Both the position numbers and the translations under genes were made by a program. A stretch of 64,000 nucleotides of DNA from Squalus acanthias. Taxonomy: Eukaryota. Of the stretch, positions 37,190 through 49,052 are shown piece by piece; positions within the stretch are counted from its first letter, which is position 1; the number at the start of each line of letters is the position of its first letter. Location: NCBI GenBank assembly GCA_030390025.1, contig CM059425.1:177322001-177386000 (forward strand), in the 5' to 3' direction. The notes under the pieces are model-generated. The model was not told where the DNA came from, did no database searches, and saw only the letters and a list, made by a program, of their open reading frames with translations.

Positions 37190-39375
37190 AATGGAACCCA
37201 CCACAGCATCCAGCTTCTTAAATGATGCCAGGGTTTGTGTTTCCACCACCCTATCCATTGATCACTCTTTGTATGAAGAAGAACTTCCTGATATCTGTGC
37301 TAAATTCGCTTTTCACCAATTTTAACCTGTACCTCCTTTTGCTCCTGTCATAATTTAATTTAAAGTAGTGCTCAAGGTTAATCTTATCCATACTATTTAC
37401 TATCTTGTTGCAGGGTGTTTTTGCGTGCCCCGTATTTCTATGACTCTCCCTTGAGTCGACCCGTGCATTAAAAACTCCCCGGTTTGGGTTGTTTCCCTTG
37501 GACGGCAGGAGCTTTTGCCAATAGTCCCTGCCTAGCCCGTCGATTAGCGGATAATCCCACACAGATAGGTTTTCTCCTATGCCCGGTGTGCAGCGTCCCC
37601 AGCGAGATTACTGTATAACCCGGCCGTGACCAGATGCCACCCGGTTGATCTTCCGAATTATACCGCGAACCACAAGCCCCACAGCCCCCAAGTTCGGACC
37701 CAAGGAGTTACTGTGGATAGATTATAATTGACTCAGACGAAACAAAATGGTTCAGGTTGGTCAAAGATCGATTCCTTTTATTACACTCACAAAACGACAA
37801 CCCCTACTCCTCTCGCTTCCGGCAGGACGAGTAGGTGACCGTGGACACTAGCTTATAACCTTAGACTAAAATACCCACCCTGTCGGTTACGCCGAACCAA
37901 CCCCCTTCCCAGATTCTAAGCCTAGATAATGAAAAAAACCCTTCTAACTAAACCCCTCTCCCGGTTTGGTCAGAACCCACACTTGGAAGGCACCTCACAC
38001 ACACACACACACACACGTGTTAGCCTGCGTCTTGGACACTTGCAGTTCCTCAGCAGCCAAACACGTGGGCGGTCCTGGGGATTTCTAGAGGTGTATGCTG
38101 GATATAATTACCAGCCCTTGTCGTTGATTCATGTGGTCCTGGCTCCGTTCGACTCCAGAAGCAAAACCGTGTCTAACAGAGGCATGCGATGAGGCCTAGA
38201 GAGTTACGTTCAGGTGGTACGGCGAGGCACTCACTTCGGGGGTTCCTGGAGAGTTGATGGACACGTAGCTACGCAGAGAACCCCGTTCCAGATGGTAGTG
38301 AAAAGAAAAACGCGAATCCCCAAAGTTCAGCATATTTATATCCCGTATAATACACAAAACTGGCTGGGCGATTCCTGGTTACCATGGTCGCAGAGATACT
38401 ACTTGGTCTTCCTGGTGACGTCTCTGTCCTGGATTGGTCATCTTGATGAAAACAATGGTAGGCCATTACTGTAGATGAGCAGTTCTCGAAGTGCTAACTG
38501 TTTGTTAAGTTCTTGACTGCTCCTTCATTGAAAGGTTCCAGAGGTGTTACTTTTGGCCTGCAAACCTCATTGTCCATCCAGACATCCCGGCTCCATGGAA
38601 AAAAGGTGCTTTTCCACAAATCACACAAGTTCGAATATGAAAAGGCTCCTGCCTTTCATGACGTCCACATTGAGACTGGTCCCATGGCAACCCAAAAGAC
38701 AGACAGTTCCTGCTATCTTCACAGAAATCAGAAGTCAGTCCTTTTTTTTAAAGTGGAGAAGTCCAAACTCCATTTTAAAAGGGTACATATCCATTTTAAA
38801 AGTCCAAAAATCCTTCAGGCCCATGCACCCACTGATGTTGGCACCGGCCAAACCCTACATTGTATTCTTCTGTGAGGACATCCTGAGGTTGCCTCTATTC
38901 AAGGTTGAAATAGCCCAAGTTTCTTCTTTGTTTCCTTATAACTCAGTCCAGCAACACTCGTGGCTCTTCTCTACACCACCTCCAGAACTGGAATGCCTCC
39001 CTTGTGTCTCAGTAATGAAAATTGGACTCAGTACTCAAGTGTGATCTGATTAGAGCACTGCACAATTTTAACGTGACTTTGAATTGTGCTACAGTATATA
39101 GTTCAGCATTCTATTTCCTTTGCTGATTGCTGCTCCACAATAACTCAACCTGTTGGCTGTCAAGTCTACTAATACCCTTGCATCACTTTCAAACATCATC
39201 CTTAGCTATTGCGAGATTGAGCACCTATATTGTCTATTTATTTTCTCCAACGTGCAACAATTTACACTTATCTGTATTAGATGCTGATGTTCTGTCGAAA
39301 TGCACATTTTACCTAATTCTTTTTAAGGTTTTAGGCTGTCTGTTCAGATTCAACTGCCCACCCTATATTGGCATT
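37190..39375 (-). mobile_element. Old CR1 remnant interrupted by a solo LTR
   Basis: DIRKFFFIQRVIN (ORF 37251-37562); degenerate CR1-like sequence resumes after 38860. Confidence 0.55.
37409..38859 (-). mobile_element. Solo LTR, 1451 bp; inverted paralogue of 27927-29431
   Basis: Reverse-complement homology over the full length; 4-bp TSD TTGT (37405-37408 / 38860-38863). Confidence 0.85.
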
Positions 39376-40143
39376 GCCTGCACTGTATCTTTAGTCGGGA
39401 AGAGAATAACATTTTGCACAGATTAACCGTAGAAAAGTCCTGTAGCAAGTGAAAGGTTTATTTTGTTTAACACATAAGATCGTCGTGTCATGTCGTGTCA
39501 CTACAACTTCCCTCGCCACTGTTCCACGCAGGCTCTGGGATGGAAATAACTTTTGCAGCTAAGTGCTTCAAGTTAATCAATTAACATATCCGTCAATGAA
39601 GCTGTTCATTATCAATTGCAAGCAACAGTTTGTGAATCTGGATTCATACTACAGCAAACTTAGTGACCAAACTTAGGACGACATTCTTGTGCTTGCATAT
39701 CATGCTGTAAATAAGCTAGTATATTCTGAGCAACTTTGTTTTTAATATTGAACTGGCTCTAATGTGAGAGTATAGGTTCAACATGTCACATGGGATGGAG
39801 ACAGCTGCAAGAAGCTGTAACATTCCTCACAGTTAAATATAGAACAGTGATTTGGGGAGGTTGCTTACAGCTAATTAAGATGTATCTGTGGCAGGTTCTG
39901 TTGGGATAGGCAAAGCTTTGTAACAATAGCTGGCATAGAGATGATCAGCTATTACTGGTATTCTAAGACGCTGCATTTTCTGTAAGTGTAGCATTACTGT
40001 AATTACATGTCTTTAAGTGACCCCATTGCTTTTGGTATCTGCCATACTATACGTGTAACTATTTCAAACCAGGAAAGTGTCTCAATGGCTGTTGAGAACT
40101 TGAACTGATCTATGCAGGCATATTACAACTCTGCAAAGCCTCT

Positions 40144-41360
40144 GGCCGGAATTTCCTGGGGTGGAAGCGGGTCGGAATGGAGGCGGGTCGGGTGGGAAAT
40201 CTGAAAAAATTGGGAGCGGGTCGGGAGCCCGCTGTCATGCTGCCTCCACGCGCCTTTCCCACGGGCGCGTTTGCCAGTGCAGCAGCGACCCAACCGTCAG
40301 AGGCGGGCGACCTAATTGAAATCATCATCAGGTAGTTTACAGGCACTTAAGAGCCATTTTCCCCCTACATTTTAAATTTCCCTGCATGACCACGTCTGTC
40401 AACCTGAGGCGGCAGTTCCGTGGCCATTGCTCCAGCTGATTACTTGACAGCATCAAATGTACAGTAAAAGCTCCCACCTGACAGCTGATCACTTTCCTCA
40501 GGCAGAAGCTGTTGCTCAGTCCATTTCCAGCACAGATTCTGAAGGCTGCAGGCATTTCCAGCAAAGTCTCCATCCAGTGTCACCTCATTGGAAGAACTCT
40601 CTCACCATTGACAGAATGCTTCTATCATCTGTACTTCACCGGCCATCTATTCCATCAGCATGGGTGCCGCTTATACTGTCTCACCTTGGTCCTCAGAATC
40701 TGACCACGATCAGCCCAAACACCAGCAGCACCAACAAGAACACCAACCCTCTCCGCAATCACCTGATGCTGCACAGGACAGAGGGCATCAGCACCCGAGC
40801 ACATTGCTACCCGGGAGGCCAGATTTAGTTAATTTTACGCTAATGAGATCATTGAAATGTTTGCAGTACTGCACCCAGGTCCTCCTGAGCACATCCCTGC
40901 TTGTGACCTCCTCTGCAATCTGCAACCAGGCAATTTAGTGTCCCGGGGAGGTCTCTTCTGCCGATTGGAAGGGAACAGGACCTCCCTGCGTGTTCTGACT
41001 CCCTCCATAAGCATGCTTATGAAGGGCGTCATCGGAGAACCTGGGTGCAGCCCTCTGCCTCTGTGCAGTCATTGTCAGTGTTTGCAGCACTCCAATGTTA
41101 TAGTACACTGACAGCACTATGTTAGATTAAACTTCAAATGTAATGTGGCCGTGGTCTCTTTAAAGATCCCAGCTGAAAATGCTGAAAGTGACGTCACCAG
41201 ACCCGCTCCATCTCATTGGGCCGGGTAACGCGCTGGGCGGGTTTAATAGGCCCCATTAACGTAAGTTCGCTTTCAACAGCGGGATGGAGCCAGCAGTGGG
41301 GTCGCAACCTGACATGGCCACCGACACACCAGACCCGCCCAGGTAGGCAAAATTCCGGCC
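40144..41360. mobile_element. Internally deleted Harbinger element with a Myb/SANT exon remnant (minus strand, ~40950-41075)
   Basis: Perfect TIR GGCCGGAATTT; TSD TCT; RAAPRFSDDAL and EGVRTRREVLFP remnants. Confidence 0.82.
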
Positions 41361-42000
41361 TCTCTTTCAGTTTGTTAGCACATTGTACCTTTGTCTAGCT
41401 GCAGAATGTGAAACATCCTTTCCTCCTGTTATGAAATGCAGACCCACGCAGAAAAACTGATGTAATAGTGAGAGCAGTAACAAAAATAGAAATTCCAACA
41501 GCAAAACTTCAGCATAAATGTAAACTATGCCAAACTGCTTATTAAAAAAAATAAGCAATGTGTATTCAAGACTGTAGGACACTCTCTTAGGGCTCATATG
41601 TTGACAATTTGAGCTTTGCTTTCATAGTTTAATGTGTCACCTGAACCTTCCCCTACTAGAGTATGTTGCAGCCTTCGAACACACTCTCAGCTGTTGCTTA
41701 TTCACTCTATTGAAATACCTCTTTTTGATCAAATGTAATCTGTCAAGGGCAATGGTTTCTTCTGATCTCTTTCAAAAGCTTTTTGTAGAATAATCAAAAA
41801 ATTCTAATGAAGGTGAACTCCTGTCAGTAATTTTAGAAACATATTATCGACTAGTGAAATTTCACTCTGTTGTGTCCTAATGATAATCTCAAATAAACTT
41901 ATATTATTTTAAGCACTGGGAGCCATAGTTACCAAGAAGATAGATGTGGCTAAACAGTGATGTGATGATACAGGATGAATGCCTTACACACGTAGTTCTT

Positions 42001-43442
42001 CATAAGAACATAAATAATAGGATCAGGAATAGGCCACTTGGCCCATCGAGCCTGCTCCGCCATTCAATAAGATCATGGCTGCTCTTGGGCTCAAAACCAC
42101 TTCCCTGCCCGCTCCCCATAACCCTTCACTCCCTTATCTTGCAAAAATCTGTCTATCTTCACCTTAAATGTATTTAATGACCCAGCCTCCACAGCTCTCT
42201 GGGGCAGAGAATTCCACAAATTTACGACCCTCTAAGAGAAGAAATTCCTCCTCATCTCAGTTCTAAAAGGGCGACCCTTTATTCTGAGACTGTGCCCCCG
42301 AGTTCTAGATTCCCCCACGAGGGGAAACATCCTCTCTGCATCTACCTTGTCGAGCCCCCTCAGTATCTTATATGTTTCAATAAGATCACCTCTCATTCTT
42401 CTAAATTCCAATGCGTATAGGCCCAACCTGCTCAACCTTTCCTCATAAGTCAACCCCCTCATCTCTGGAATTAACCTAGTGAACTGCCTCCAATGCAAGT
42501 ATATCCTTCCTTAAATAAGGAGACCAAAACTGTACGCAGTACTCAAGGTGTGGTCTCACCAATACCCTGTACAGTTGTAGCAGGACTTCCCTGTTTTTAT
42601 ACTCCAACCCCCTTGAAATAAAGGCCAACATTCCATTTGCCTTTTTGATTACTCCTGTACCTGCATGCTAACTTTTTGTGTTTCATGCACAAGGACCCCC
42701 AGGTCCCTCTGATCTGTAGCATTTTGTAATCTTTCTCCATTTAAATAATAATTTGCTTTTTTATTTTTCATGCCAAAGTGGATAACCTCGCACTTTCCCA
42801 CATTATACTCCATCTGCCCACTCACTTAGCCTGTCTATATCCCTTTGCAGATTCTTTGAGTCCTCTGCACCACTTGCTTTCCCACCCATCTTTGTATCAT
42901 CCACAAACTTGGCTACATTACACTCGGTCCCTTCATCCAAGTCATTAATGTAGATTGTAAATAGTTAAGGCCCCAGCACCGATCCCTGTGGCACCACACT
43001 AGTTACCGTTTGCCAACCGGAAAATGACCCATTTATCCCGACTCTCTGTTTTCTGTTAGTTAGCCAATTCTCTATCCATGCTAATATATTACCCCCAATT
43101 CCGTGAGCTCTTATCTTATGCAGTAACCTTTTATGTGGCACCTTATCAAATGTCTTCTGGAAATCCAAATACACCACATCCACTGGCTCACCCTTATCCA
43201 CCCTGCTGGTTACATCCTCAAAGAACTCCAGCAAATTTGTTAAACATGATTTCCCTTTCATAAAACCATGCTGACTCTGCTTGACTGCATTATGATTTTC
43301 TAAATGCCGTGCTACTGCTTACTTAATGAATGACTCCAGCATTTTCCCAACGACAGATGTTAGGCTTACTGGTCTATAGTTTCCTGCTTTCTGTCTCCCT
43401 CCTTTCTCAAATAGGGGTGTTACATTTGTGGTTTTCCAATCC
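42001..43442 (-). mobile_element. 5'-truncated CR1, RT region
   Basis: ORFs 42965-43261 and 42232-42498; (TTCTTATG) tail at 42001. Confidence 0.9.
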
Positions 43443-45134
43443 AAAGCCGCTCCCGCTGCTTTAGGTACCGCCGAGGTCTCGCGTTCTCCTGGGCTCCCAC
43501 TGCTTTAATCTCTCTGAAGGCAGATTGAGCAAACACAGGGTGAGATGAGGCCAGATATGAATCATTAAGCTGCTTTATTTCACAGTAAGGTGAACATAAG
43601 AACAACCATTATGACCAGACTCACATAATTCAATCCATACAATTTATCTTCATGTAATAATACAAAATAAAGAAAATTCCCACTAGCCCACGGGCATGGG
43701 TGGTCTTACTTAACATAAACAAGGTGGCTTCTAACAATCTTCCAACATTTCTATCCTCTTTGCCTCAGTGAAAGGCCTTACAGCTTTCCTTTTAACAAAC
43801 CTGACTGCCTTTCAGTTTCAAAAAGCCTCTCTACCTTTGTCCCTGTATGTTTCTTTATAATCTCGCTCTGTTCACAGACAGGGATCAAAGAACTTTTCGA
43901 TATAATGGGGCCGATTTTAACTTTGAGCAAACTTTTGAGCCATTTTCAGGGCAGGCAACATTTTAATCTTGCCACTGAGCTGCAGGCAATTGCAGCTTTC
44001 ATAAGATGTTCACTTGTATACAAGATACTTAAGGAAATAGAAAAGATAAATCCAGAATATTACTTTAAGATAAATAGAAAGAGTTGGACAAAGGGACATA
44101 GATTCAGATAAACTTCAGGACATTTTTCTACATTGAAGATGTTATCGAAATGCAAGTTGTTGTTATTGTTGTCAGAAAAGGTAAATTTAGGAATGATGTC
44201 AGGATATTCTTCTTTACACAAAGATCCCGGAAGAGCTAGTAGAGTCAAAAACCTTGGAATCTATTAAGAAACAATTGAATGCTGAATTGAAACAGTTTTT
44301 GGATCTTTCTGGGTCAATAAACTAAGATGGCCCAAATGGCCTTCCTCCATCCATAAATATCTTGTGAGCTTGCGGAAGTTCTTCTTGACACAGGGGGTTG
44401 AATTTTCACTTTTATCGCTGGGCGGAAAACAGGTGTTAGCAGATCAGCTGCCCGATTTACACACTGCCCAATCTTTGTTTCCATCGATTTCAATCAACAC
44501 TTGGAATAAATTACCAGATAGAGTGGTGCAGGCGGAAACCCTGGTATCCTTTAAGAAACAATTGTTCGCAGCAGTGTAAATCGGGATCTGGCCACAGACA
44601 ATGGGAGGGAGTTCCAGTTCCCATTTTTACACCCACTTAATTTTCCAACCCCATTTCCGGCGGCTAAGGGAACCACTCACTCATATATGATGAGCTAAAA
44701 GCAAATTGGGGAATAATGATGTGGTGGGTTTGTACACCCCGCTTTTATTTTATTCATTTCCACTTCAATTGCGTCCAGTTGTATTGTCAATGTGGAAACA
44801 GGCATCTAGAAGTTGCTAGGTCTGGAGAAATGGTAGCAGGTCATTTAAAGAACTCAGCATCTGGATTGGTCGTATTTCCAGAAACCATGGGGAGAATTTT
44901 TGCCTTCACTGCTTGTGCAGTAAACTGGTGAAACAGATTGCCTGTCCTTTATGGAGCCTGCCAATTCGTATTCCCATTGTATTACTGGTTTCAATGGGAA
45001 TGAAATTCGGATGGGCTCTATAACGAGCGGGTAATTCACTCTGCCAGAATACCACCCAACCGATGAAGGGGAAAATTAACCCCTTAGTTCTGACTCAGTT
45101 TTGTTGTTCCTGTTTCTTTGTTGTTGTTAATCCA

Positions 45135-45432
45135 TCTTTCGGATGAGACGTTAAACCGAGGCCACGTCCACCCTCTCAAATGATGTAAAAGATCCCATGG
45201 CACTATTCGAAGAAGAGCAGAGTTACCCTGGTATCCTGGCCAATATGTATCGCTCAACCAACATCACTAAAACAGACTATCCGGTCAGCATCGCACGGCT
45301 GTTTGTGGGACCTTGCTGTACGCAATTGGCTGCCGCATTTCCTACATTACAACAGTGGCTACACTTCAAAAGTAATTCAGAGGCTGTAAAGTGCTTTGGA
45401 ACGTTCTGAGGTTGAGAAAGGCACTAAATATG
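45135..45432 (+). mobile_element. DeuSINE 3' part
   Basis: TTTCGGATGAGACGTTAAACCGAGGCC...GATCCCATGGCACTATTCGAAGAAGAGCAG, the reverse complement of the other copies. Confidence 0.75.
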
Positions 45433-45823
45433 AATTGACCTGGGGTCCTCCTGCAATATAGTCTGGCTAGGGTCTCAAGAACTGTGGTCATTTGCTGTCT
45501 ACTGCACAAATTTGTCTCACCAGGAGACCTTGTCATGGAATTCCTGGAGGAAGATTACACCCAAGGACAGCTGGGGGATCAGACAACAGAGCAGCATCCT
45601 CAAGAGGATGTGGAGGAGACCTTGTTGTCACTGCAAGAAACATTCACGCTATCGTCCTATAGAAGATTTGCTTTTAATTTCCACATCTGGCCACTAAATT
45701 AACAGTCCTGTCTTCATCTTCCCAATTCCCTCCACAAGGATAGCATCACCTATCGCCCTGTCTGTCTTTGACCAGATTACTAAATTTCCATTCATGCTAC
45801 ATCCACACCGTGCCAAAGACAAA

Positions 45824-48800
45824 GGGCTCGATTTTGCCAGGCACGAGGAGGCGGGTTTGGAGGTGTGTGAGGTGGTAAAATTGCAAAAAATGGCGTGCGG
45901 GCCCGATCCTGCCTCCATCCCGCCTCTGGGTTTCAGACCCCATTTCCATCCCACCTCCAAGAGGCAGGATAGGCCCTTAAGGCCCTTAACAACCACTTAA
46001 TTGCCAGTAGAATCCAATTTTGAGAGGCCTTTCTGATTTTATCACATTTAGCCCATCCTGCATGTCTCCTCTGGAACACGCCAGTTAATCCTGGTGGCCT
46101 CACAAGTGGATTGCTTACTAACAGCTGCAGCACCACCATTAAAAAGGAGTTTTCAGCAATCATCATTTGCAGGTGGCAGAACTTTGTTGTCTCAGGTCTG
46201 GAGGAACTTTTAGCAGGCCTACTCATTGTTGTGGAAGTTTGGAGTCTGAGACCCATCTCCAGTGTGACCTCCTGGGAAACGCTTCTCCCCACCTTGACTG
46301 AGCGCTTCCTCAACTGAGGTATATACCAGAAGCATGGGAACCATTTATTTCCTTTCCTCCTGGACATCAGATTCGGATGAAGACCAGCCGCGGCAGCAGC
46401 AGAACCCTGAACAACAGCAGCACCAACAGCAGGAGCAACAACAGGAGCACTAAGCTGCTGCTCACGCACCTGAAGCTGCACAGGCCAGAAGTCGCCAGTA
46501 CGCGACCACATTGCTGCCTGAGATGCAAGGGACGCACTCATGTTGGCCAGATTTGCTTAGCCTGCAGAATCAAACACTTTTGTCTCACACCTTCTTACCA
46601 GAGCATCGACAATGGACAAGAACCTGCGGATTCCTATCATTCTGACCACCATACTGACAATTGCAGGTCGCCCTAAGCCCTCAATGTGAAAGTCCCATTT
46701 GCAAAATGACACAGGCCACAACTTCAACAGTTAGCCATCAAATCTATTTATGATACCATGACAAAGATGGCTGGTCCAAATACAATACATCACAGCACCC
46801 AAGTGACTACCCTTGTGACTACTTGTGCTTTATCTTCCTCTTACGCATGCTCCTATGTGGTGCTTCCCCTGTGGCTTCAGCAGATGTGGAGGTCCCTTGC
46901 TCCCGTTCTTGCTGCTCCTGTCTCGACACCTTTGGCGGCCGTCCTCTGGGGTTGCGAACCTGTGAGGGCTCGGCAACAGTCTGATGCTCCTGCGGCTGTG
47001 TAGGGGTTGAGACGCCGATCTCAGTTGGGTGAGGACTCTGGTGGGGCTCTGACTGAGGGCTTTGCAGTGGCATGGTCGTGTGAGCGCTTGGAAAGGAGCC
47101 CCCACTTCCTTGTTGTCTGCCACCAACATCCCTCTCATGGGTCAGCCCCACTTCAGAGCTAGCAAGTGGCTTGACAGCACTTCAGGGGGGCCATGAGGAC
47201 CCGTTTCTGCACTGGAAATCCTACTCTTGAGGACTTCCCTGAAGGTCTGGTTTGTATGCTCAAAAGCCGACCATCGCTCCTCAAGAGATGTCATTCTATT
47301 CTGAACAATGACCATGTTTTCAAGACCCTGGCGACTAAGCTCCTCCATGGCTGTAGCCATCCTCTCCTCTACCATAGCCATCCTCTCCTCTACGGTAGCC
47401 ATCCTTTCCACGGAGGTTGCCATTCTTTCCGTGGTGATGCGTTCATGCGCCAATGCCTCCACAAAGGCTCTGCTCATGTTCGCGATGGACTCCTCCATTC
47501 ACTCCACACTCGCAGCGACCCTGGAGACAAAACCTGCCAGAGACTCCAGCACCTGTTCCTGGAGTTCCAGCACCGCCCTCCTTCTGGATGGACCCGGAGG
47601 CACAGGGTCGACATGCAGCTGAGTCGAGCTGGCAGATTCCTGCATCCTCCGATGAGGACTCTGCACTGCTGTCCCTGTCTCCACCATCTGCTGATGCTCA
47701 CTTGTGAGCTGTGATACACCAGGTGCCAACTCTACTCTATCTCGCGAAGGTCCCACCGAGGTGTTAGTGTCTGCGCTGGTACTGGGTGCGATGAATTCTG
47801 CTGTCACTGCACCCTCAAAGGTTGCAGCTTCCTCTGGGGAGTCTGGAAACTCAGGCTCTTCCTCCTGGACAGTGGGGACAGGGGCTTTCGATGGTCCTGT
47901 GGGGGAGTAAAGGAAAGAGTTAGAGATGTGAGGTCAAGGTTACATGCACATTGAATAGTGCAGATGATCATAAATCAATCTGTTAGAGCATCAGTGGCTC
48001 ATGCAATGTCAATGAGAGAGATGCTAAACTATTCTGTCACCAGCTTGCTGTGATGCGCTCGTCTGTCCGTCCCCCACTTGGGAATCGTCCTCGATCCTGG
48101 CGCTTTCCAGGGCCGCCTCCTCCCAGGCGGTGAGCTGGGCTACTGAGGGTGGCCCTCCTCCTGCCATGGCTCTTTCCCTCTTAGTGTGGGCTCTCTTTTC
48201 CTGCAATGAAGGACAGAAGTGGAGTTTGAGTGAGAATGAAGGAGTGAGTGTAGCGAATCCATAGCATAGATGCTTAGAAGGAGACAAAGGGCCCTCCCTG
48301 TGTGTTGTAAGTTGTTGTTATTGTTGCATCACAGTGATAGGGAGTGTGAGGGCTGAATGGTCGAATAGTTAAGTGAATGTGACCATAGAGAGAGAGGCAA
48401 TGGGTAAGGGTGCAGGGATGTAAGTGTCAAGTGGGATGTGGAGGAAGAGGTTGGCTAAGCAGAGTGCTGGTGAGGAGAGGCGATGGGGATCAGATTGAGG
48501 GTGATAGGAAAGTCATACTTACTTTTCCTGTGCGGAGAAGGTCAAGAAACCTCTTCCTGCACTGCAGCCAGGTTCTGCGGCTCATCGATATGGAGTTGAC
48601 CTCCTGGGCCACTTGCAGCCACACAGCTTTAGTCTGCTGGGGTGGCTTTTTGCTCCCTGGGGAAGGGAAGAGCACCTCCTTATTGGATCTTGCTCCCTCC
48701 ACCAGAGCTTGGAGGGAGGGCTCATCGAAGCGTGGAGCACACTTTTGCCTGCTGGTGGACATAGTCGATCACTGAAGTCCTTATTACAATCACCATAAAG

Positions 48801-49052
48801 TTTGCAGTCTCCAGAAGAATCAAGGCTGCTTGCAGGCCTTAAATCCAGCAGCATTGATGACGTCATCGGAGGCGACTTTCTGTATGAAAAGACTCATTGG
48901 GCCAGGGGTTCCCACACGCTGGAAATCAATTGCCCAATTAGGGGAAAATCGCACTTTTTCCCCACTTCACTTCGGAGTCGGGGTCCTGACACGAATGCCA
49001 CCTGACACGCCCCAGCCCGCCCCAGCCCGCCCACACTGGCAAAATCGAGCCC
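45824..49052. mobile_element. Non-autonomous PIF/Harbinger transposon (transposase deleted, Myb/SANT-like gene kept)
   Basis: Perfect 17-bp TIR GGGCTCGATTTTGCCAG; TSD AAA; no DDE ORF inside. Confidence 0.9.
46819..48762 (-). pseudogene. Three-exon Harbinger Myb/SANT-like DNA-binding protein gene (exons 48762-48523, 48200-48041, 47896-46819), disrupted in exon 3
   Basis: APRF..LQALVE..W.QVAQEVN..RTWLQCRKRFLDL; GT-AG introns that keep the frame; in-frame TGA at 47499-47501; frame change near 47150; C-terminal RGRPPK and RKRKIK. Confidence 0.8.

Noticed and set aside
27927..38859. A single 10.9-kb element with 1.5-kb terminal inverted repeats (DIRS- or Polinton-like)
   Set aside because: Each repeat has its own distinct 4-bp TSD, and the spacer holds only unrelated SINE, LINE and MITE pieces with no recombinase or polymerase.
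45484..45702. Acidic 72-aa ORF after a CAG acceptor-like site
   Set aside because: No recognisable homology and no clear donor site.
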